Of a stretch of DNA of 64,000 nucleotides, positions 54,952-64,000 are shown piece by piece. The notes below the pieces were generated by a model, which had not been told where the DNA came from, searched no databases, and saw only the letters and a list, made by a program, of their open reading frames with translations. This DNA comes from Phoronis australis (Eukaryota > Animalia > Phoronida), in NCBI GenBank assembly GCA_002633005.1, contig NMRA01000288.1:260300-324299 (forward strand). Reading direction: 5' to 3'. Position numbers and translations under genes: made by a program. How positions within the stretch are numbered: the stretch's first letter is position 1; each line of letters begins with the position of its first letter.

Positions 54952-56397
54952 ACATAACTTTAAAATTTATACACACCTCTTTTGGGTGAATTTGAGAGGA
55001 GTTCAAGAGGTTTAACTCTTTGTAATAGAGGACCTCCAGACGGAAATGGTTTCTCGTTACCCCAACCAATTCCTAATTGTTGTGCCAAAACAGAACTAAC
55101 ATCAATTTCTGTAACTTTTATAATGAAATTGATCAGCAAGTGGTAAATGTTGGTTAATAATGTGTTGTATCAATGCAAATAAATAAATTATTATGAAAAT
55201 CTGTGAGTATGGACATTTCTTTGCAACTTGAGAAGGCAGCAGTTGGATATAACATGACCACATTTTGAGAACCAGTTGATACCCTTTATTCTGTGGAAAA
55301 AACTGGTTCTCAAAATGGAGGCATGTTATATCTATTACCACTTGGGAATGTAGATAATTCCACAATTTAGAAGTGTTATAAAATTATCTGCTAAAAGATA
55401 AACATTAGCAACAGAACTTCTGAAAACGTAATACTCTATGCAAACTGGTTCTCAGTGATGCCCAATGGAGCAACAGAGAAATTAAATTTTTATTATGGTC
55501 ATGGGTTTGGTACTGATTTACAAGAAGAGTAACTGACTAACAGTAATTCATTTAGAAACCCTAGCAGTGCAACCTTTAAAGACTTGTTTTGACTCATGTT
55601 TGGGCTGGAACCCTTTGTTTTTTCAAGTGATAAGAAAATGGATGGGAAGATTTACTGCCATTGCTTGCTGTATTTTGAAGTTTCCGACTGGCTTGACAGA
55701 ATCAGTGTTGCATGGGACTTGAACGGACAACCACAACCCATAATCAGCACAGATCGTCTTCGAAATGGTACATGAATCTGTGATTGCTGAGACATTCAAC
55801 TTGCTCTACCTTGCCATAGGGTTAACTTACAGTAATTTTATCTCGATCTGTATTGTTTTGATTCACACTCTGGTCTTACAGGTTTTGTATGTCCTTTCTC
55901 ACTAATTACTGCACCCAAAAACGGAAGATTTGTGCTCACGTTGAAAGTACTTTTCCCAGAGTTAAGAATTTATAGCGCATGCAGAAAAACAATAACGTAT
56001 ACGAATTGTAAGGCAAAAGAATAAAGAAAACCAAATGGGTCTGAACAAAATATTGAACACTGCCTGTAACAGTTGAAGCTGGTTAAAAAACAAAACCAAT
56101 GTGTACTATCAACAAATGAGTGCCGACACACCTTAAATGAAACACATCCTGTATAATTGTAACTTGCCCATCGGCACACCTTTAAGATTCCTTGTGTACT
56201 AGATGACTGAAATTGACAATGTCTGTATTGACATACTTAATTCTCCGCTGTACACTTCTGCATGTTAAGTCTAAATTATCACACAACGCTGCTTTGCAAA
56301 TCCGACTAGTCTCCCACTTGATTCCTTGATAATCTGAGTCACAATTCCTCCCAAAAAAATACTGTGGGCTGAATATCTATTGCCTTTGCACACGTTG

Positions 56398-59300
56398 TCA
56401 TGAAGCTTGGTCCGAGGAAGTGTCTTTGGAGGATTTGCTTTGCTTCCCTATCTCCTCGTCTATTCTTTCTTTTGCTCGCACCACCTGAAAACAGATACAA
56501 AGTTCATTTTGTCTTGAGAAGCACTGGTTACCTAGAAAGGAACAATCAAATATTGAAGTGGTGTTTAAATATTTCCTCCCAGCTCAAGGCCTTAACATGG
56601 AAATCGTGAATCGGGCTGATCAACTCGAAACGCATGAGACTTATGTCCGAAAATTGATCTTGAGCACCCCCTTCACTACTACTGAATAAAAGATAGTGTG
56701 ATATTGTTGACACTCCACAGCATAGCAATAATTTCTACAAAAAAAAATATTTGGTACGGTGCCAATTTTGGGTATATTCTCATCAACTTTGTGCTGCACA
56801 TTGAGAATAAATTAATTTTAAGAAACAGTTGTGCGGAGCCTTAGGCTAAATTGTTTACTTCTGCCTTAAGTCCAAAAAAGGCGGCTAAAATTCAAATTAA
56901 ACACACATTAAATTTTTTAATGTTATACATTGAAATTAGCCATGACCTTTGACCAGGTTCACAAAATCCATAAAGCTGCTTGTCCTTGCATTATCTAACA
57001 AAATCGCAGATAATCTAATAGGGGGTCCTCAGAAAAAGAAGCATTGGCAATCAAATGTCTGTGTGTTGATGAAAAAATTCATAATTATTTGGAAACCTGT
57101 AAAACCTTGCCTAGTTTCAATTCCACATAGTAGGTCCGTCCCTAATTACAGAGCAGCACTCAAATCTCGATGTCTTTACCCACAATGCCACAATATGCGT
57201 AAGCACTATTGTAGCCTCGTTTTCACGCTCTCATATTATTTACAAGTTTTTCTCAAGTGTTTGCCCTCCAATGCCAACGAATCACTACTGCTGTGCTGTG
57301 GGTGGCAACTCTGACAGAAGACAGGTGGATAACTTGATAAATATGCATGGATGTGTGATGATAAGGTCTTTGCCTTCCCGACATCAATCAAGAAAATGCA
57401 GAGCGAGTGGATAAAGCAAGTTTGGAGAGTTAATTTTGAACCAAATAGAACTCTGTCCCTTTTCTGAATATACCTTTTCAGTTTTGATATTTTTAAACCA
57501 TTGAAATCAGAAACATTTCCACAGCTATACACCTTGACGGTTTCCAGAATGACCTATGATAACATTCTCGAAGGCACCAATGAAAACAATGCACTTTCTT
57601 AACTCCTGGACAAAGAAGAGTTCTATCGCTCAGTAATCTGGGATGGCCCTATTCAAAACCAGAATTTTCCTTGCCCTGATGGCAGTCGGTTTCTAAAACT
57701 ATAACAAACAAAAATATCATGGCTTGGAAAATTTTGATATAAATTTTCCTAGGCCCTGTTTAAGTAACAGCTACTGTGTTTATAATTTTGTTTAGGTGGT
57801 GAGTATGACGGAATTGTCCCTTTAAGAGGATGTTTAGCCAAATGCTTGGTTCAAAAAGACAGCACAGATTTGAGCCAGTACATTTTTTTAATCATATTCA
57901 GGATTTTGAATCAAATCAGTAAAAGAGCACTAGAAAACTCACCTTTGACTGCAGATAAAAGGAACCACCCTTGGACTTTTCATTCACGGCAAAAAGGTGG
58001 TCGTAATTTTTCTGAAGTTTCTCCACGTCATTGACGTTGTCCAAGTTCAAAATTTGTTTTGCTTCCTGCAAACGAAATGTGAAGATGAACAATCAAACAG
58101 GTCCCATTGTCACAGCAACAGTTTTCAGAAAAATTCAAGTATGGTTTATAATGATTACATGAAGTGAGAATAATAACGTGCATTTTGTGGTGAGTACATG
58201 GTCAAGATTAACCCGGAAAGCTTTGCTTGGTAAATAGAACCAACATAACAGAAACAAAGCTGCAGCTGCAAAATGTCAAAACTGAAACAAATTCATAGAC
58301 CATTTACCTGTAAAGTCATTCCCATATACAAATCGTTGGAAGCTGTTTTGGCTCCTTGAGACCCAGACTCTCTAGACCGCTTAGCAGCAGCTTGGCTGGC
58401 TGTGTACTCCTGTTTCAAGGCACGGGCAAAGGCACGACCCACAACTTGGGAGCCCACAACGATGATCTGAATTAGATGCTTGGCCTGAAAGAAAATTTGC
58501 AAATTGGCAAACATTAACACATTTGTGAGCAAGGGATGAAGTTCTTTCACACATGTGAGGAAAGACTGGAAAATATATTTTCTTACACACACTTTACTTG
58601 TGCTTTCAGAATTTAAATAAAATGTAAACAAACTGTAAAATGGGCCCCCGAGTCATTCTGCTTCTTTGTCAAATGCATAGTTATCAAAAAGAGTTAATGT
58701 TCCCACGTCAGGAGGAGGTAAGGTTTTCAGAGCCTTGCAGTGACCATTATGTGGGACCTTTTTGAGGTCTGGTAGCACACTGTGTATGCGCCATGAGTTC
58801 ACCACCAGGGATTTCAGTGTGACACCCTGGAATTCCCTACCCTGGGAGTTGCAGGGGCTTGGTGCTTTCAGCTGTAGCCTGCCAGTTTTGCAGTGATTGC
58901 ATCTACAGTTGCTGCCAGCAGGAATTATAGCATGTGTTGTGTCCTCACCAGGTCCCTGCACATCCCTCATGGAATTTATCAACTTGCTGGTGTTCTACCG
59001 TGTAACTCATCAATTTGTTTTAATATTTATTTAAATTTATTTAAATCCAAATTGTCAGTGATAGTAGTCCTCGAGTAGTGTTCCCTGTTTCTAAAATTGA
59101 CAACAAATGTTATATCTATCTACCTATGCCGATTACGGTAACAAGGTATTGCAACACAGAATGATGAATTAGATCATTCAACATTTTGATAACAGTGTCA
59201 ACTTGTATGGCGACACAATTATAGAACAATTAGTAAATTCAGAGATGTAAAGCTTTCAAACCGAATGGAAAGAGGACAAACAGAACAAGGCTCTTATTTA

Positions 59301-59760
59301 GATGATAACTTACCAAAACTGTGCCAGACATTTTCAGAAACTGCCACTTGAGAGTAAAGACTGAACACCGCAGCAGTTGACTTACTTATTTTATGGCTCA
59401 ACTCCTATGACAATCAAAGATTTCTAATTGTAGAAAACAGCCCAAAACGGGCTCTCTGTACAGTGTACACACGACTCTACACTCCTGTAGCGACGGGCCA
59501 CGCAACTTGATAAGAAATGACACTGTTGACCTCTGAAAAGGAACTTCACAGCATCTACCGCTCGAAAATCGGCATAAATGGGACAAAACACGAATTGAAA
59601 ATGAGCAGCTGATGAAAAGATCATGACATCATGTCTCATGAGACTTGAGATGACGAAACGCGACGTATCCGTTACATAAACTTGAAAGTTGTCAGTATTT
59701 AACCAGTTTAATAGTAGTTAATTTAAGTATCATGTTCACATGGATACCTTAACCTACCAT
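56398..59760 (-). CDS. PAM16: Mitochondrial import inner membrane translocase subunit Tim16/PAM16 (Magmas), 129 aa
   Basis: Exons 59760-59758 (ATG only), 58484-58308, 58065-57943 and 56484-56398 give [72 protein letters not shown], a typical PAM16 J-like domain. The start exon is the least certain part. Confidence 0.93.
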
Positions 59761-60111
59761 TTGTGTTTTTATTTCATCGTTACTCCTTGAAATCCTAAAG
59801 CGCAAGGAGTGAAATGTGCTTCTCAGCTCCTTTCAAGGACTGCGCTCGGGCAATAACAATATTGAGAATTTTTGAAGAGAACATTAAAATTAATTTCGAA
59901 ATGTCACTGTTAACAGACTATGTGGTTCAAATGTATTGAAATTCGAGTTATATATCCATCAATGAATTATTACTTAATGAAAAGGAAAACAACACGAAAA
60001 ATTTCTTTATATTGTTGTTTTCTAACCACAGCTTTACGATTTCCGATTCGACGTGTACAAATTTTGAAACTGACAAGACTAAGTTGTTCTTAATAAGTTG
60101 ACTCATTCAAA
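59761..60111. promoter_or_regulatory. Putative bidirectional promoter between PAM16 and LRRC59
   Basis: Head-to-head start codons about 350 bp apart (59760 minus, 60112 plus). Confidence 0.65.
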
Positions 60112-63100
60112 ATGCCTAAGGAGAATTTGAAAGACAAGCTGGATGGAAATGAACTTGATCTCAGTTTGAGCAACTTGGTTACTGTCCCTGTGAAAGAACT
60201 GGTAAGAGAAATTATCAACGCCGGCGGCTGGGGCGACAACATGTAGGAAAATTCGCCTGTCCACCGCTGGTGCAGTGGTAGGCACTGGTCGGATATAGCG
60301 GTCCCGGATTTAGAGAACCAGGCAGTCACTAAATAACGGACCCATTGTTCCGGCCTGTATTGGAATTCGGTCCAAATCGGAACATTCCGATACGGGCTGT
60401 TCCCGTATTGGAATATATTTTACGATTGCATTTAAAACAAAAGTTAGTAATTTGTTATGTTTTGGATGAAACTGGTTCTCAGAAACCGCTATATCCGACC
60501 AGTGCCGCAGTGGTATAGAACCCGGCTGCTGGCGTGCAAATCGAGCAGTTGCCCACTGACACCCTATATTATACTGTGTCTATATCTCACTCACACCCGA
60601 AACTCGTGTCTTGATCGTGCAGAGCAAGGCCGGGGCGCGGGGCATGGTGTTGGGGTCCCTGCTTTGTGGGCACAGTCCTGGCATACACAGTTCAAAAACA
60701 GGAGTGTGCTGTAAAATGAAAGGTGATTCATAATTAAAAAGTGAATTGCCTAAGCCCTGTAGCTTTCATCAAATGTATCCATTGGTCATCATGATTTGTT
60801 TTTTAAAGGGACTGATCAATATTAAGTTGCTAATTCCTATGTTTTTATTTTGCAGGCAAGTCTTCCCAAGGCAACAGTGTTGGATTTGTCCAACAATTCA
60901 ATTGTACAACTGCCTGTAAGCACATTTTCTTTGCTGTACTTTTACAATTGCTGAGACTGGGTATACTGTGTTTGGGTCTTCTTGTGGGTGTTTTTTCCTT
61001 CTTTTCAATTCGGTTTATTTAGTTTTTAGCATTGAATAATATTTGATTTATGTTATCAGTGTGAAAAGGGCTTGGTGTTTTTATTCACTTAGAATGATTT
61101 CAAATTATCTTCATGCAGTGAGGATGTTGTAACGTTTAAGGGTAAAATCGGCAGTTTATTGTTTTCTTAACTAAAAATACAACTGTAGTGAAGCGACATT
61201 GTTGTCCTGTTCCTTCCGTCAGTTTCATGGAGTATTGAACACCGTGATCAACTGACTATTGACCATAGCCTTTCTGTTTGCTTAATGATAGAGCCTACAT
61301 AAACAAGTTGGTTGGAATCTGATTGTGAAATGGACCCCATTTATGTGATTTCAGTAATGGTCACATGCGTATTTAGCAATGTTTAGGGCAGCAGTAATGA
61401 ACGCTGAAATATGTTAAATTCTAAGATAGACATGGCATTTCATTTCAGTAAACAAAACAAAAGCTATTATAATTTTGCTTTCCCCAAACAAAGTTCAATT
61501 TTCCTAGTTATTATATGGTAAATTATTATGTATTGAGCTCCAAAAGTCATTCTAACAAATGATTGCAGGCGGTCTGGTACACGTTTTACCAGGCCTGTGC
61601 AGGTCGCTCAGGTGATGCTATAGTAGATGAAACCAAGCAGAGTAGGTACAGACCTCACTCAGTGATCTAGCAGTGATTCATAGTAGGACTCGAATCCACG
61701 ACCTTGAGTAAAGGAAGCGCACTTTCATACCACTAGGCCACGCTGGCTTCTCTTCTAAATGTTTTTGCATAATAGTCATTTTTTTCACGATTATGATAGC
61801 AAATTCTGAATGTTTTTGTAGGATGAGTTTTGTACACTCACACATTTGGTCAAGCTGGACTTGAGCAAGAATTCCTTGACACAGTTGCCAGAGCGAATTG
61901 GGTCGTTACAGAAACTGCAACACTTGGACTTGCTAGGTAAATTCCCAATAACCTAATCCTGAAATCAAGTGGCAACTTACTGTACTGTGAAGTTTACTAC
62001 CAGCATTGCAAACTCGAATGTGAATGTACTGAGGAGGGGTGGCAAGTCTATACGAGAAAAGCCATTATCAGCATTTTGAAACTTGCCAAATTTTCATGTT
62101 CATCTATTTCTTGCTTTCTGGAATGCCACTGAGAAGTTGTTTGCTAAGAAACTTTATGCAGTGTCAAGCAAAGACCTGTCAGTTTCTTTCCTTTCTGTCA
62201 ACAAAATGTCATTTCATGACATGGATATTAATCAGCAGAAATCAAAGAAAACTTGCATTTTTGAATGTTTAATCATTCGCACAAAGAATTTTTTTGCAAT
62301 TAACCTGATTGATTTTTAACTCGGCGTTTACATAGTTGAATGTTGATATGGTTTTTCCATAATAAAGTAAGCCTTTCATTTAGAGCTTTGATTTTGATAT
62401 AATAAGTGTTTATCACATAACACAAATGTCACAAAAATGTTCCTGTGTCAACCTTACAAATAACGTGGCTATACTTATACAATGTTGTGAACTTTTTCTT
62501 ATTTCACCAGGGAACTTACTTACAACACTTCCTGTAAGCGTGCACCATTTGAAGAGCCTCAAGTGGCTTGATATCAAAGATAACCCTCTTGGGCCAGAGC
62601 TGAAGGCTATAGCTGGGAACTGCTTGGACGACGTCGAGTGTAGGAACTGTGCCAAAAATGTATGTAAAAGGCTGTATGTGTTGAATAACGAATACTTGTT
62701 TTTGTGCTCAAGCTTTCAACACACAACTGTTATGTTAATTAGAGTGGCAACCTGAGGCATGTTCAGACACGCTATTTACCTGAAGGAAAGCTTGTGGTAT
62801 CAAGATCTCTTGATAATGGCAATTGATTGTTGAAAATGTGAGAATGATTTTTTTACCTGATACGGTTATAGCTTCATTATCTACTGCAAGTTCTGTGAAA
62901 GAGATACGGGTCTTAGTGTAGCGAAAATTACTGTCCATTTTTCACAGTATTGCATGTGAATCTTCTATTAAAGGGGTAAATTTACTACTGTCAGTGGTTA
63001 TGTCTTACAGTCATAGATTAAAGGTTTAGATGTTGGGGAATTTTTATGCATTAGATGTTGTAAGCGTATTAAAGCTGCTGACCTGTGTGCTAGCCTATCA

Positions 63101-63898
63101 GCAGAACATGCTAAAGCTATGCTTCATCCTGTTTTGCTTGCTAAAAACAAACATCGAATTGGGCCTGCTACTCTCATGAAGCTGTTCTCATAATATTCCT
63201 TACCGTGATAGGAGTACACTTCTGTTACCAACAAAAACATCGAAGCCATCGGAGACTCATAAAGAAAATACTTTAAAGTTTATTGAGGTTGGCTAACCCT
63301 ATGATTACGGATTCAAAAACAATTGTGACTTGGTATGGTAACGCTAGACTTGGATGAAATGCAGCTTAAAGTATCACTAGTCAGATCAATTAAATCTTTG
63401 TTCCACAGTAATACTCTATATATCTTGTTCATTCGCAAAAGTCTGAAGTTTAAAAATACATGACAGAGTCTGCTAAATTGCGTGACTAGTGCTTGAGACT
63501 ACACTGTTAGCGGTTGTGGGAAAACATTGCCCACTTTGAACTGTATAATCCACTTTGCCACATGATGAAGTTCTTTTTGTAACTTTTATGTCTCGAGGGA
63601 GGCACTAATGCAAGGTGACAGAATCATTTCATGGTGAAATTACCAAAACATGGTTGGATATCTTTTGACCAAATTGCAAATAGGCTTGTAATTAAGTAGT
63701 TAACAGTAAATGGAATTGAAGCTTATGAAAAATATTGCTATATTTCTGTAACTGATATTGTTACAGTAGTATACTAAAAACACACGATAAATGAAATGCT
63801 AGTGAAATTTGTTTCCTTTTTAAAGGTGGTAGCCCACTTTAAAACTATAGAATCAAACCTAGAGAGAGAAAGACAGAAGAAATTACAGGAAGAAAGAG
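60112..63898 (+). CDS. LRRC59: Leucine-rich repeat-containing protein 59 (5' part; continues beyond the window)
   Basis: Exons 60112-60201, 60856-60915, 61822-61936, 62511-62659 and 63826-63898 give [93 protein letters not shown], matching LRRC59. Confidence 0.92.
60281..60506. mobile_element. MITE (226 bp) with 9-bp target-site duplication, Merlin- or Mutator-like
   Basis: TIRs GGCACTGGTCGGATATAGCGGT / ACCGCTATATCCGACCAGTGCC, flanked by the direct repeat GCAGTGGTA (60272-60280 and 60507-60515). Confidence 0.85.
61600..61752 (-). mobile_element. tRNA-derived SINE
   Basis: The minus strand reads GCCAGCGTGGCCTAGTGGT (A box) ... GGATTCGAGTCC (B box) ... CACTGCTAGA, homologous to the copy at 15708. 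Confidence 0.7.
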
Positions 63899-64000
63899 GT
63901 GAGGCTTACATCTTCCTGATAGTGTTCTGTAAACATGGTTTTTGAAATGAATTCCTGTATCACTACTTTTGTCGTACTTGCACGTATTGATCTTTATTTT

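Noticed and set aside
55743-55790. miRNA-like hairpin between GLIS2 and PAM16
   Set aside because: The stem is short and bulged, and I recognise no known mature miRNA in it.
59608-59668. CTGATGA...GAAACGCGAC hammerhead-like string
   Set aside because: No GUC/NUH cleavage triplet in the right place and no stem I, so it is probably chance.
61680-61752. tRNA gene
   Set aside because: A and B boxes are present but there is no complete cloverleaf, and it runs into a body shared with another copy, so it is a SINE head.

Overview
Eukaryotic, intron-rich, AT-rich animal genomic DNA from a draft assembly (345-N gap at 40703-41047; single Ns at 517, 9610 and 39022). It is most consistent with an invertebrate bilaterian, possibly a mollusc, but the taxon cannot be fixed from sequence alone. 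Five spliced genes were reconstructed by hand from GT-AG boundaries with consistent intron phases: (1) the 3' part of an IgGFc-binding-domain (FCGBP N-terminal-like) single-pass membrane protein (+, to 2656); (2) a complete NuMA orthologue (-, 27 coding exons, about 1668 aa, 6817-31945); (3) GLIS2 (+, 44533-54397); (4) PAM16/Tim16 (-, 56398-59760); (5) the 5' part of LRRC59 (+, from 60112). Introns and intergenic DNA hold LINE remnants, tRNA-derived SINEs, several MITE/foldback elements (one with a clean 9-bp TSD), a minisatellite and a degenerate Penelope-type hammerhead-like motif. The most notable points are the GLIS2(+)/PAM16(-) tail-to-tail pair that mirrors human 16p13.3, a 1.8-kb NuMA exon built from a 14-residue repeat, and the IgGFc + DNDCDG-repeat receptor-like architecture. 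No clearly new multi-gene system is evident, and most short ORFs in the track are spurious or exon fragments.
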